The notes under the pieces are model-generated. The model searched no databases. It was given only the letters and a program-made list of their open reading frames with translations, and was not told the origin of the DNA. A stretch of 64,000 nucleotides of DNA, from positions 50,468,001 to 50,532,000 of the forward strand of contig OX597826.1 in the NCBI GenBank assembly GCA_951406725.2, in the 5' to 3' direction. This DNA is from Octopus vulgaris. Lineage: Eukaryota. Position numbers and translations under genes: made by a program. Below, one piece after another: positions 1 through 12,795 of the stretch (the first letter of the stretch is position 1; every line of letters begins with the position of its first letter).

Positions 1-657
1 GTGCGTGTGTTGTTGTTTTCTTGTGTTTTTCCTTTTTTAATAGTAGTTCTCTGTGTTGCCTTCACTACAAACATCGAGGGCAACAAATTGGCAGAATCAT
101 TAGAATGCCAGGCAAATTGCTTTGTGATGCTTATTCTGGTTCTTTATGTTCTGAGTTCGAATCTCACCAAGCCATCTTTTGAAACCAACAGTCTAAAACT
201 GCCCATGGTTCTACAATTTAAATTAAAACCTTCCTTCTAAATTTGATGTTAATTTATATTCCAAACACCTGCTTAACGATGGTTATCTAAATAAATTATT
301 TTCAAAATTAATTGAAACAAAGGCAGTGTAATTCAGCAGAAATATTGTAACAAAAAGGTTAAACCCTTTCAGATTAGTATTTTGGAGGAAATAAAGTATC
401 GGTCAGTGTCGTTAACTAGTCTTCCCCACTTCAAAATTTCTGGCTTTGCATCTAATCTAAATACATTTGTCTTAGTTCACTCAGCTCTGTCAAGAAAATC
501 TATAATATGGAAGTGACTCAGTGAGTTCTGAAGACCTATTCCTAGGTTTCACACACTAGATATACTATATTTTATGTTATGGCAGTAGTTTTCTTGTTAG
601 ATTCAGTGTAGCAGATGTGGTATATCTACCCAACTGAAGGACAACCTCAGTGTTTAA

Positions 658-870
658 CCCTTTCATTACTGTACTTATGCTTTGTGTTTCTTTCAATTAC
701 TTTAAATATAACGAAGAATTTAGTAAAATAACTTAGTTATCATTCAGCTAGTGTTAAGAAGATAAATTGTGAGTAAGGTTTGGTGGAAGATTTTAATTCA
801 AAACTTATGAAAACAAGACATTTGTACTCAGAGCCAGAGCCAGTTTCAGTCGGGTTTGGTAACGAAAGGG
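658..870. mobile_element. piggyBac-type MITE
   Basis: TTAA on both sides (654-657, 871-874). Terminal inverted repeats CCCTTTCATTACT / GGTAACGAAAGGG. No ORF. Confidence 0.75.
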
Positions 871-1152
871 TTAAAATTCACCAGAGACAGTTGGTAATCT
901 TACACATGATTCAATCCTAATGATGGGTTGCCAGCCATATCACAACATTGTTAATTGTCAACAATTAAAATAATTTAAAAAGTTTCATGACTGGTCATCT
1001 GTTGTATCATTAGTTTCCTTTGTAATACTAAATATTGATATTCTTCCTCATCGTTTCATGGCTTTATGTTAATTTTCAATACTGGCAATTAGTTCCTATT
1101 CAGACTTACTGCCCTCATAGATGGATTGGAGGACCACATCTCTCTCTCAGAT

Positions 1153-1793
1153 GTCCAAATTTGGCTATGGGTTCTACAACTGGATGCCCTTCCTAACACC
1201 AACTGCTTTACAAAGTGTACTGGGTGCATTTTATCATGGCACTTCAACTTGGCAAGACTAAGGAGTCATCTTAGCCTGACATTGTCCCAGCTCAATTCAC
1301 CCTTCCTGCTCCTCCTTTACAAAGTTAACTGGCTGTCTTCATTTATTTTATCTGTATTTTTCCCCTAAAATTACTTTGAATAATAAAATTTCACCTAGAA
1401 ATATTCCATTTATTTCGGTAGGTCCAAAACACACTTAACCTTTACTATGTATTTTTCATAGAATTTCAGTTTAACTTTCACGGGGTCTTTTTCTGTCCAA
1501 ATTTTGCTATGCATTCCACAACTGGATTACTCTTCATAACACCCATTGCTTTACAAAGTGTACTGGGTGCTTTATCGTGATACCTCAACTTGGAGTCATC
1601 TTAGCCTGACATTGTCTCAGCTCAATTCATCCTTCTTGCTCCCCCTTTACAATGCTAACTGGCTGTGACTTCATTTATTTTAACTGCATTTTCATTTACT
1701 TCAGTAGGCCCAAAACACAATCAGCCCTAACAGAGGCCTCTTGTATAATTTACACCGAATTTCAGTTCAACTTTCACATGGTCTTTTTTCTGT
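1153..1793. repeat. Diverged tandem duplication (~340 bp and ~300 bp units) seeded on a LINE-tail remnant
   Basis: Blocks TGCTTTACAAAGTGTACTGGGTGC, GGAGTCATCTTAGCCTGACATTGTC and GAATTTCAGTT each occur twice in the same order. Confidence 0.8.
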
Positions 1794-1982
1794 TGTCTTA
1801 CATATTCTTTTATCTTTTTAAGTATTTGTTTCTTTCAAACTGCAACACGTCTTCTGACTTGACTTTAAATACTAAAAATATCATTTGAATGGAATAAAAA
1901 GATTTTTGTTTGTTAAGTCACTGAACCAGGGTTTTTCAGGAGAATGTGTTCATCTGTTTACACTGTTCAATTTTAATTTCAG

Positions 1983-2042
1983 AGTCCTTCCAGTGAAAAA
2001 GAACGTGAATATTATGAAGAAAAGAAGAAAGAGAAGAAACGG
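1983..2042 (+). CDS. Internal coding exon of an unidentified gene with a charged low-complexity C-terminus (SPSSEKEREYYEEKKKEKKR)
   Basis: Acceptor ttttaatttcag, donor CGG|gtaagc, 60 nt, phase 0-0, open and purine-rich. Phase-compatible with the exon at 4968. Confidence 0.8.
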
Positions 2043-2186
2043 GTAAGCTGCAGTATTGCTTCAGATCATTGTTGACGAAATTTAGAGAAACTGAAGATAT
2101 GTAAACCAAGACAGAGTTATCCAGATCATATATCTAGGATAAAATAAAGAGAACAACTGGTTAGGTTTTATATGAACAAAACATTC

Positions 2187-2479
2187 GAGCAAGGTCATTG
2201 CCAGTGCTGCTGGACTGACTCCTGTGCAGGTGGCACGTAAGAAAACACCATTTTTTCGAGCGTGGCCATTGCCAGTACCGCCAGACTGGCCCTCGTGCCG
2301 GTGGCACTTTAAAAGCACCCACTACACTCTCGGAGTGGTTGGCGTTAGGAAGGGCATCCAGCTGTAGAAACTCTGCCAGATCAGACTGGAGCTTGGTGCA
2401 GCCATCTGGTTCGCCAGTCCTCAGTCAAATCGTCCAACCCATGCTAAAATGGAAAGCAGACGTTAAACGATGATGATGA
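2187..2479 (+). mobile_element. RTE LINE 3' tail or RTE-tail SINE
   Basis: Shares GGAGTGGTTGGCGTTAGGAAGGGCATCCAGC ... CCAACCCATGCTA ... (GAT)n with the RTE 3' UTR at 2763-3375. Confidence 0.75.
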
Positions 2480-2509
2480 TATATGTATGTATATATATAT
2501 ACAGGAAGG

Positions 2510-3371
2510 GTGAATTGAGTTGTGGTGTGCAAGAGAGACGTTTGCGCTGGTATGGTCATGTGGCGAGAATGGATGAAGATAGTTGTGTGAAAAAGTGCCA
2601 CACCCTAGCGGTTGAGGGAACCTGTGGAAGAGGCAGACCCAGGAAAACCTGGGACGAGGTGGTGAAGCACGACCTTCGAACTTTAGGTCTCACCGAGGAA
2701 ATGACTAGAGACCGAGACCTCTGGAAGTGTGCTGTGCGCGAGAAGACCCGGCAGGACAAGTGAGTCCACAACCCGTGGCCTTCTACATGGGATGGAGCCA
2801 GCCTACGTATGCATACCTTCCCTTCTTGGGACACAAAACTCTACTTGTGAAGACGTGTTGAGGCAAGTGAGGATCAGAATCGAAATCGATCAATGGAAAT
2901 TGCGGATGTGCTACCAGTGCCGGTGGCATGTCGAAACTCTGCTTGTGAAGACCCATTGAGGCAAGTGAGGATCAGAATCGAAATCGATCAATGGAAATCG
3001 ATCAATGGAAATTGCAGATGTGTTACCAGTGCCGGTGGCATGTAAGAGAACCTTCCGTTTCGCGACCGTTGCCAGCACCGCCCCGTTTCGTGTTCGTTGC
3101 CAGCCTCGCCTGGCCCTCGTGCCGGTGGCACATAAAAAACACCATCCGTTCGTGGCCGCTTGCCAGCTCTGGCTGGCACCAGTGCGGGTGGCACGTAAAA
3201 AGCACCCACTACACTCACGGAGTGGTTGGCGTTAGGAAGGGCATCCAGCCGTAGAAACACTGCCAGATTTGACTGGGCCTGATGAAGCCTTCTGGCTTCA
3301 CAGACCCCAGCAGAACCGTCCAACCCATGCTAGCATGGAAAACGGACGCTAAATGATGATGATGATGATGA

Positions 3372-3375
<4 letters not shown>
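2510..3375 (+). mobile_element. 5'-truncated RTE-clade LINE (RT C-terminus plus 3' UTR)
   Basis: Peptide RRLRWYGHVARM...GRGRPRKTW...DL...RDRDLW is the RTE C-terminal signature. It is followed by a 3' UTR with a CCATGCTAGCATGG palindrome and an (ATG)n tail, then (TA)n. Confidence 0.9.
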
Positions 3376-3430
<55 letters not shown>

Positions 3431-3433
<3 letters not shown>

Positions 3434-3682
3434 TGCAGCCTTCTGGCTTCCCAGATCCCCGGTCAAACCGTCCAACCCATGCTAGCATGGCGAACAGACA
3501 TTAAACGATGATGATGTGTGTGTGTGTGTATAAATCGCCAATAATTCATATATCCAAGGCCTGGTGCAGCCTTCTGGCTTCCCAGATCCCCGGTCGAACC
3601 GTCCAACCCATGCTAGCATGGAGAACGGATGTTAAACGATGATGTGTGTGTGTGTAAATCGCCAATAGTTCATATATCCAAA
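3431..3682 (+). repeat. Tandem duplication of RTE tail plus (TG)n and flank (two ~125-bp units)
   Basis: TGGTGCAGCCTTCTGGCTTCCCAGATCCCCGGTC ... TAAATCGCCAATA(A/G)TTCATATATCCAA occurs twice. Confidence 0.85.
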
Positions 3683-3744
3683 AAAGAAGTACACTCTAAA
3701 GCATTAGAACAGTAATATATTTTTTTAGGAAGTTATAAGTTATG

Positions 3745-3926
3745 GCCAGTCATAGAGTGACCATTGGCCCAATCTTCTGAGTACTTTTACAGGGCTTAGA
3801 AAAACTGAAAGACTGCTGCAATAAGTGTGTGAATCTGAAGGGAATATGTTGAATAAGATCATAATTAACTGATCCTCCTGTATTTTCTTTTACCCAAAGC
3901 CAGGAACTTTTCAGCACCCCTTCGTG
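3745..3926 (-). mobile_element. Mariner-like element terminal fragment (second copy near 23405-23485, +)
   Basis: Terminus CGAAGGGGTGCTGAAAAGTTCCTGGC is of the mariner TIR type, and the same sequence recurs near 23405. Confidence 0.55.
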
Positions 3927-4967
3927 TGTGTATGTATGTATGTATATCTCCCTGCTTGTGATATAAACAGAAATGCATTTTGCACCAAAAACCAATATGA
4001 AAGTTTCTCATGGTAACTATTGCAGTATTGTTTGTTCTAACAGGACGTCCGCATTTAAGTGGGGATAAATACATACCCCTATGCACACACGTGTATATTC
4101 ATATATATATACACACATACATGCACTGTTGAGCTTAAAACCAAGGCAACACTGTGGTCTTAGTTTACATGGAGAAATGACAGAGCTGATATGGTCTGAG
4201 AGACAGGAGAGTAAGAGTTGGGTGTAAGACTGGTTCAGAACATATATAAAAAGAAAAAAGAAAATACTCTCTCTCCTACATCTTAATAATGAGAAGTTAT
4301 TAGCTTAACTGGCTTATTTGTCCTGTTATATGGTAATGTCTTCAACTCAACCCATCAGTGAGAATGGCTACAAATACATCTGTTATATTCACCAATTCCA
4401 TTGCTACTGAAAAGTATTATCAGTCACACAACACTCTCTCACACTCTGTCTCCTCCTCTGCATTATGGTTATTTCATCACGATTTTCATGTCTGCTGTTC
4501 TCAAGAGCCTCCAATAGGTTGTCATGTTAAAACATATTTCCCATTCCCACAGTCTACACCACCTCCTTTTTGTGTTTATTGCTAAATTCCCTCTCTCTCT
4601 ATCTGAGCTGAAGAGAAGCATTTATAGGTCAGCAACATTAGTTTTTGTTTTAAAATTTAATCATAGCAAAACACAGATATTTTTTCCTAAAAACCCTGCC
4701 AGTATAATTTACCAATTACAGCTCTGTAAATCTGTTGATCCTTGTATGTTTCTCTTGTTTGTTTCGTTTATTTGTTTTTATTCTTTACCCAGGCAACTGT
4801 TTGTTAACAAATCTACCAAATGATTTAAACTGTTCTACACATCCTCTCCTTTCAACCTACTCCACTGGAAATACTCTGTTGTCTTCAGTTTCAAAATAAA
4901 ATGTAATTTCTTGCTGAACCAGAGATAGTATTTCATTTTCAAAAATGTTCTATTTTAACTTTTACAG

Positions 4968-5013
4968 GATATTTCTTCAGACCGCTCAAGTGTGGAAGTA
5001 AAAAAAAGAAAAG
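4968..5013 (+). CDS. Internal coding exon (DISSDRSSVEVKKRK)
   Basis: Acceptor ttttaacttttacag, donor AAG|gtattt, 46 nt, phase 0-1. Frame-compatible with its neighbours. Confidence 0.75.
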
Positions 5014-6478
5014 GTATTTTTTTCCCCTCATTATTTAATCAATTTTCAGAAAGACAGGCAGAAATTCAGATTTGGTTGGGGGCTTACTAAACACACAAAT
5101 ACCTGATTTCTAAATGAGATTTCTCTTCATCCTCATCAATTCAGTTTCATTTATTTTCTAAGTTTAAGCAAAGATAATCACTTTTCTTTTACTAAAAATG
5201 TACAATTAACTACAGCATCAGTAGTTAACTTACATTTTTCTAGTTCATCTGTTTGATAGATATCGAGAGGCATGTGATAAGAAAGACAGATCATCGTTAT
5301 AGCCATGTGATTCTAAACATAGTCAATCTTTCAAACTGATTTTTCAAAGGATATTCCTCTTCCACTTGCTTATTTCATTATTTCCCTCCATTCTTCTAAC
5401 ACATAAGTCAAGTGTCACTCAATTTCACGGTCATACATGAAGTGAAATATTATTTAGTCAACTTGTCAGCCTCTGACTGCCATCTCAGTACTTCAGTACC
5501 TACCATTCCTCCAACAGTATTCCATTTAATTGCTAATCCGTACTCCAAGTTGCTTACATTTCAGTTCAGTGCCATGAAAAAAAGCAACAATTGTTTACAC
5601 TGCAACTCAACCATAACCTTTGCTTGCATTACTACTTCTAATGCATTTTCTGCAAAAATAATTCATTTACTGAGCCTCTGAATTTCAGACTTGTAGAAAG
5701 CAAAGATAGACATTTAAACAACCTTGTCTCTATGGTAGCAACTTCATGTAGTCATTAAAAAAATGTTATGCCCAACACATTACTACAGAAAATAATACTA
5801 CTACTACTAATAATAATAATAATAATAATCTTGATTAGCTAGAGAATCTCTTACTCTGTGACCTTCTCAAAATGATGTGCCTAATATCGTTTGACATTCT
5901 AAATTAGGAGTAATATCTAACCTAGTTGCTGATGGAATTACCATAAATAAAAGATTCCATTTATGAGTGTGAGTTATAAACTTGACTGATAAATTAGTCG
6001 TCTCAACTCCAACTTATCATTCTTTCCCATCAAGTTGTTGTGCTGTGAACAGTGAACGTTAAGTTAGTTGATGAATAGACCTTTCTACGCTGTTGGCTCC
6101 TCTGCTCTGACTTTTGTTGATTATTATTTCACCATTTCTCATTGCCCAGAACCTACTTTTTTATTATTTTTTTTATTTATCCCCCCCCCTCTCTTGTTAC
6201 AACGCTGCCTTCATTTCAAGACAGCTTTTGTTTTCATAATTTTTTTGTTTTTGTTTTTTTACTCACTGACTAAGGTGGTGTTAAATTTAGATACTGAAAT
6301 TTAAAGATTTTTATAGAACCTGGTTACAGTAACTACCAAAATGGTTCAAAATAGATGGACTGTAATGGTTCAAGTGAAAGTACACTTTGAATGCTGGATG
6401 ATTTGTAAAGTGACATCCGTCTGTTTTTGAGAAAACATTGCTCAGAAGTTTCTCTGAGTGTTGGTTTGTTTATTGCAG

Positions 6479-6490
6479 AGAGCCTGAAAG
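6479..6490 (+). CDS. Candidate 12-nt microexon (ESLK)
   Basis: Acceptor ttggtttgtttattgcag, strong donor AAG|gtaaga, phase 1-1. Frame-preserving between exons 4968-5013 and 8142-8272. Confidence 0.6.
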
Positions 6491-8141
6491 GTAAGAACTA
6501 TGATACAAAACAGGTGCTTAGAAGAGGGCCTGCTGGTACCTAAGGAGAACCCATCAGCAATTTATCAGCTTTTATCTGGTATCCCTACCCGATATAAAGG
6601 GCTAAAGTTTTTATGGAGTGTTAGCAATTAGCTTTGAATAAATACACCATTTCAGGGAACCAGTATTTTGGGATTCCCAGGCTGTTTTCAAACATATTCA
6701 GATAGTTTGGTGCATTATTCAACGTGTTAAGAAGGGTGGAAAAGATTTTCAGGTTTCCTGTTTTGACCTGGCAAATGCAATAAGGATGAGTTCCCCATGC
6801 ATTGTTACACAAAATTAGATTACATCCAGGATGTGGGAGGATCAGCAGTCATATTACAACCATATTATTTTGAGGAAAATATTAATATAAAAAATGTTTG
6901 ATTATAAAGTAATGGGCATAGAAATATTTTTTTATATGTACTGAGAAGGATGAAGATTATATGGTTTAATTATAGTAAAATTTAAATTTTGTACCTTTTG
7001 CATAATGGTTTAATAATATTATTTAATATTTACCGCCATAGAATTCATAACAAATTGGTAGGAACCGAAATTAAGAATCATAACAGGGTATACCATTTCT
7101 CTACACTCCATCCATGATAAATATGAAGTTGATATTTGAGAAGAGTAAGAAGCTGTTCAAAACTGGTGTGAAGATCAGGAACTACTTGGTACTTCCATCA
7201 CTGCATGATTTTTTTTCTTAGGTGTCTTTATTGCTCAGGTGGAAAGAAAGAAGAAGAGCAAAAAGCTTGTTGTAGCATAGTTGGATGAAGTATTCCAGCA
7301 ATATCACAGTCTATTTATAACATGAAATCAGCTCAAAGAATGGGTGGTGGGAAGCTGATTCCAACAATCAAGAAGCAGGGAATTAAGAACCTTAACTGTA
7401 TCCATACAGTATCTCTCAATGATGCCAAAAGAGGTATTGAGAGTTATGGCCACATTGAAAGAAAGACCAACTACCACTGAACCAGTGAAGATTGTTTATG
7501 GCGTGGTATCATCAGTATGGCCTCTCCAAATGTGTGAAACACCAGTAACAAAAGTGAAGAGAATGGAACAGTGTGCTATTGCAAGTTCCTGTGAGAGTGA
7601 GTTGGTTCCCCACCAGACTTTCCAAAAGCTGTACTGCATGGCATTACTACAAGACTCCAGCTGCCTGTAACAGTCACTATTGGAGGAATATAAAGTAGCA
7701 AAAACTCCCTGGTACATGATATTAAAAGATTCAGTGGCTCCCATTGTTTATATAACCTAGCATGGAGTGTTGTCTGAAAGGACATAGAGCATGTGATAAG
7801 GTGTTTGAAGTGGTAGAGATTGACCTGGAAATGAAAGGGATGATAGGAGTTGCATAAACATACAGAGAGAACAAGGGCAGATAGAGAATAACAAAGGTAG
7901 GTAAGCTATTGGGATCAAAGAATTTGGTCATATTGAAGAGAGGGGCAGGGGTAATTATGGCAGTAGGGTTAGGAAACCAATATTCTTGTAATATAGGAGT
8001 TAGAGGAACAAAGGGAGGTATTGTAGAACCATATTATGGATAGTGGAACCAAACCTTATCAAACAGGTTTAATATAGGGTCTTCTTTATACTGGGGGTTT
8101 TGGGTATGTATTAAAGTTGTTTTGTTGTGTGTTTATTTTAG

Positions 8142-8272
8142 GCAACAGTAAACTCAATGGAGAATCGGTAGAGCTTCAGTTGTCGTCGAGTTCTATGAGT
8201 AAAGAGGAACACAGGAGACAAGAGAAGCAGTTCAGTAAGCACGACAGCAGCGAGAAGGAAAGAAGCAAAAGA
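8142..8272 (+). CDS. Internal coding exon (GNSKLNGESVELQLSSSSMSKEEHRRQEKQFSKHDSSEKERSKR)
   Basis: Acceptor gtgtttattttag, donor AGA|gtaagt, 131 nt, phase 1-0. Open frame with the same composition as the flanking exons. Confidence 0.85.
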
Positions 8273-8415
8273 GTAAGTGTTTGAATTTCCACCATCGTTA
8301 TCATTAACGACACCACCATGACTGTCGTCATCATTATCATTTTGCATTTGCTTTCCATGCCAGTACAAGACAGACAAGTTGTTGCAGAGTGAGGGGATCT
8401 TCATTCAGAGTCACT

Positions 8416-8797
8416 GTGGAGGCGCAATGGCCCAGTGGTTAGGGCAGCGGACTCGCGGTCCTAGGATCGCGGTTTCGATTCCCAGACCGGGCGTTGTGAG
8501 TGTTTATTGAGCGAAAACACCTAAAGCTCCACGAGGCTCCTGCAGGGGATGGTGGTGATCCCTGCTGTACTCTTTCACCACAACTTTCTCTCACTCTTAC
8601 TTCCTGTTTCTGTTGTACCTGTATTTCAAAGGGCCGACCTTGTCACTCTCTGTGTCACGCTGAATATCCCCAAGAACTACGTTAAGGGTACACGTGTCTG
8701 TGGAGTGCTCAGCCACTTACACGTTAATTTCACGAACAGGCTGTTCCGTTGATTGGATCAACCGGAACCCTCATCGTCGTAGCCGACGGAGTGCTTC
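8416..8797 (+). mobile_element. Full-length tRNA-derived SINE with 14-bp TSD
   Basis: A box TGGCCCAGTGG and B box GTTTCGATTCC. TSD CATTCAGAGTCACT at 8402-8415 and 8798-8811. Confidence 0.9.
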
Positions 8798-10586
8798 CAT
8801 TCAGAGTCACTCCCTTCCTAAACAAGTTTGAGGACAATGTCATACTTGTACATTTCATTTTTTTTTGCTTGGTTTCTGTAGCTAGATTCCTCTCCCAGCA
8901 CTAACCACTTTACAGTGTGTACTTGATGTATTTTACTGTGGTACCAGTACCAAAGAGGTTGTCATGCCCTTGATAAGGCTAAAGAATCTTCATGAACCCA
9001 TTTCATCCTCACTTGTTCACTGACCACTTGCGTTTAGTAACCATCATAAACCACCACCCCTTTCTTAATATTGCTGTGAGCTGAATTGAGTCTCTAACAT
9101 GACACACCCATCCTTCCTCTCAGCCTTGTGTCATCTCATCTATCAGTTCTAACATCCTCATATCTTGACTTTTCTTCCCAGAACCAGTGCCCCCTACACA
9201 CACACACACACACTTTTTCCACCCCTAATATCACTCTACCAATTCACTCATCTCTTCTCCACACATTGGTTCTAACATAACTTACATGGCACCTACTTTG
9301 GTTTATTTCTGTTCTTTAAGTTTTTTTTTTCCCCCTTTGATCTTCCATAAATGTAGTGATTGTATGTTGTCCTGTTCAGATAATGAATTCATACAGCTGA
9401 TGAAGTAGTGACAAAGGATCTCTAGACGTTGGGACTCACAGAGGGGATGACAGGGGATTAAGACTCCTGGCAGTTTGCTGTGCTTGAAAAGACACTTCAA
9501 GTTTAGAAAAAGTGTGGTTGTCCTTGCATACAAGCTCATTCCCTGCAACTCTCTCCAGCTGAGCATCCCTAACCTCGTGGGCTTGTAGGTGCTGGTGACA
9601 TATAAAAAGCACCCAGCACACTCTGTAAAATGGTTGGCGCTATGAAGGGCATCCAGCTATAGAAACCATGTCAAAACAGACAGGGAGCCTAAACAGCCCT
9701 TCAGCTCATCTGCTCCTGTCAAACTGTCTAACCCATGCCAGCATGGAAAACAGATGTTAAAAGATGATGATGATAGAGTATCAGATTGAATGTTTTAGGG
9801 GTATTTATTCTGACTTTCTGGGTTCTCAGTTCAAAACCTGTCGAAGTCACCTTTACTTTTTATCATTCAGAGGTTGACAAAGTACCAGTGAAGTACAAGT
9901 GATGGTTCCTCCCTCCCTTTCTCTCTTCCCATCCTGCCCTCTAAGTCAGTGAAATTGTACTGTCAGAAGGGTCATTAAAGGTGTCTAACGATGACCCTTT
10001 TTGTAGAAGCAGAGAAGAGGTGATTGAGAGGACCGCCAACTATATTTTATAAAAACTGTTATGGTGCTGATAAGTATGGCCTGAGGTACAGTACAGCATA
10101 ACACAACAATAATAATAATAATAATAATCTTCATTGCCTTAATGGAAAGAAGCAGAAGTTTTAGAGCATTCACACTTTATACAGCAGAATGTCTAATACC
10201 AGTTTCAATGTCATACAAACACAAACCCACATGTGTGCACACCCACGCACAAAGCAGAGAGAAAGTAATTCTGAGAAAGAATGTCGTAACCACCATCTTA
10301 TCAACAGTGAATGTTATGTCAGTAATGGCGGTGACAAAACCCTTGTTTATTGTCATCATTATCATCATCGTCGTTGTTGTTGTTGTTGTTGAGTAAACCC
10401 AGTCAAAATCTGTGGCAACAGACCAATGGCATGAAGGCAGCTGATCAAACATTAAAAGACAGCAGCCCACACATATGTAGTCTTTTCAGTTCAGGGCCAT
10501 GCAGTGTTTAGTCCTGTGTATGTGTGCAGTTACAAATTAGGACATGTGACAGTTGTTGTTGTTGCCTCCTCTCCTCCTCTGATTGG

Positions 10587-10639
<53 letters not shown>

Positions 10640-10919
10640 TTGAAGTGTGTCATAATGGCAGTGACAGGAGTGAAAAAAATGTATTGTAGGTAGACTGCAG
10701 GTATAGCTGTGTGGTAAGAAGCTTGCTTGCTAACCACATGGTTCTGGGTTCAGTCCTCACTGCATGGTACCTTGAGCAAGTATCTTCTATAGCCTTGGGC
10801 CAACCAAAGTCTTGTGAGTGGATTTGGTAAACAGAAACTGAAAAAAACCCCATGTTTGTGTGTGTATGTCCATCCCACCACTACTTGACAACCAGTGTTG
10901 GCGTGTTTACATCCCCATA

Positions 10920-11414
10920 AATTGTCTGACAACCATGGCTGGGTTCTCTTGCTTGTGTGGCATGGTACAGAGTCCTGTTGCCAGACCCACAGTCTTCCAG
11001 CAGCCACCCTCTTAACCCAGGGCAGCACTACCTCCTACAGGCACTTGATGTAGGCCTCTGTGTTGATTCTGAGGTTGTGTAGGAAGATGAATGGAGGCCT
11101 AGTGTCACCATCACTAGTGATCACTCCAAACACCATGATGTTGACTGGATGTTGGATTTTTATCACCCTCAGTACATTTTCTTAGATTGACACACAAACA
11201 CTCTGAAATGTTTGTATTGGAGCTTTCAGGGCAAATTCCAAGTAGTACAGCATGTCACTTCGAAATTTCTGGTTGAGTGAATTGCGTCGTGGTGCTGTTT
11301 TTCTCACAGATGGTGCCCAATTGATCCTACTATACTGTGTAGTCGACAAAATCAAAAACAAACAATGTGCATTCGCAAAATTAAAAATATAAAATGGCAA
11401 CAATTTAGCCTGTA
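10920..11414 (-). mobile_element. Internally deleted Tc1/mariner-superfamily (maT/DD37D-like) transposon
   Basis: Minus strand gives MVFGVITSDG...INTEAYIKCL*EVVLPWVKRVAAGRLWVWQQDSVPCHTS..TQPWL, the motif around the second catalytic Asp. Terminus TACAGG near 11414. Confidence 0.75.
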
Positions 11415-11461
11415 TGTATGTATGTATGTATATATGTGTGTGTGTGTGTATATATATATAT

Positions 11462-11757
11462 GTGGAGGCGCAATGGCCTAGTGGTTAGGGCAGCGGACTC
11501 GCGGTCGCAGGATCGCGGTTTCGATTCCCAGATCGGGCGTTGTGAGTGTTTATTGAGCAAAAACACCTAAAAGCTCCACGAGGCTCCGGCAGGGGGTGGT
11601 GATCCCTGCTGTACTCTTTCACCACTCTTTCTCCCGTTGGCCTGCTTGTTTAGCCAGCGGGGTGGCGTCATTTGAAGGCTAAAACAATGCGAACGCATTG
11701 TGACCAGCTATGTGTAACAACATCTGATGGTCTGGTCGGTCCCGTGATCCCGTGATA
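11462..11757 (+). mobile_element. tRNA-derived SINE (same head as 8416, different tail)
   Basis: About 170 nt nearly identical to 8416-8585, then an unrelated 3' part ending in (CCCGTGAT)x2. Inserted in (TA)n. Confidence 0.85.
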
Positions 11758-11888
11758 TATATATATAAAGTCCCTAATGAAGCAGGATCGAGAGTAAGAA
11801 AAAGGTTTATGGAGATGGAGGCGGTGGGGGGGCATCGTTGTTGTTCATCTTGACTCGTATAATTTGTCTTTTGTTTGTGTCATTGCAG

Positions 11889-11987
11889 GAAAGTCGTAGT
11901 GGAGAGGATGAGTACCGAGAAAAGGTAAAAGACAAAGAGAAAGAACGTGTGAAACGAGCAGACAAAGAGAAAGTGTATCCTTTTTGA
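11889..11987 (+). CDS. Coding exon (ESRSGEDEYREKVKDKEKERVKRADKEK; VYPF* if read through)
   Basis: Acceptor tttgtgtcattgcag, phase 0. Possible phase-0 donors after 11924 (AAG|gtaaaa) or 11972 (AAA|gtgtat). In-frame TGA at 11985-11987. Confidence 0.8.
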   Translation, partial: ESRSGEDEYREKVKDKEKERVKRADKEKVYPF

Positions 11988-12249
11988 TATAAATTAATAA
12001 TTGAAGTGACCAGGATGAGGAGCAGGGGTTGGGGATGAGCCATGGCTGTTGTTTTATTATACATTGGTTTTGGTTTACTTTATTTAAACTATTGAAGAGC
12101 AATGATGGGAGCTGCTGTTAGAAATATATAGAAACTTTTAGGCTTTGGATTTCTGCTTTTTCTTTAGCTGAAAAATAGTGATGGTGATAATAAAGATAGT
12201 GATTATGGGCATGAGCCAAAGGACGTGATAGGATCCATTATGGTCATGG

Positions 12250-12795
12250 AATCAAACATTGGAAACTGCGTTCTAGTGAACAAGGGAGAAAAGTCGTGCC
12301 TGATCATAGACATCTTGTCCTGGGAGTAACAGGATCAAGGGGGGAGGGGGAAGAGGAGATATGAAGCTCTGAAATCAAAAAGCTATGGTGAGTGAAAAAA
12401 AGGTGTACATTGTACCAGTAATTGTAGGTGCTTGAGGAATAGTGAACAGAAAAATTAAAAATTGGTCGGAAAAGGTTGGCATAAAAATGAAAACAGAGGA
12501 CATCCTGGTAGTGCAAGGAGTCTCTACAAAGTTCTTGATGCTTGAAAAGAAAGTACCACCTTAGTTCATAGGAAGTGAACAGCTGAAACATAAATGATAC
12601 CTCCAGCAATAAGCTGAGTATGTCAGATATTATGATAATAATTTGGATATCAAGATATTTCGTGATTCTACTGAAAGCTTTTTTGCTTAGCACAGTAAGG
12701 GTTGTATGAAAGGTGCTAGACACCTATGGTTGTGAGGTGCAACTTGGTATCAAGCAATGCAGTACTGAGTGAACCAAAGGAATAATAATAATAAT
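12250..12795 (+). mobile_element. Decayed R4/Dong-like non-LTR retrotransposon 3' end
   Basis: Frameshifted LIIDI ... EIKKLW ... VYIVPVIVGA*G resembles the restriction-like endonuclease tail IVPVIVGALG. Ends in (TAA)n. Confidence 0.55.

Noticed and set aside
7100-8090. Host exons from ORFs 7419-7931 (similarly 31980-33800)
   Set aside because: Frame-broken sequence with no consistent splice signals. More likely decayed LINE ORF1 remnants, too degraded to call.
8416-8495. tRNA genes (also 11462, 28624, 44370)
   Set aside because: A and B boxes are present, but they run into SINE bodies with tails and TSDs. No complete cloverleaf or Pol III terminator.
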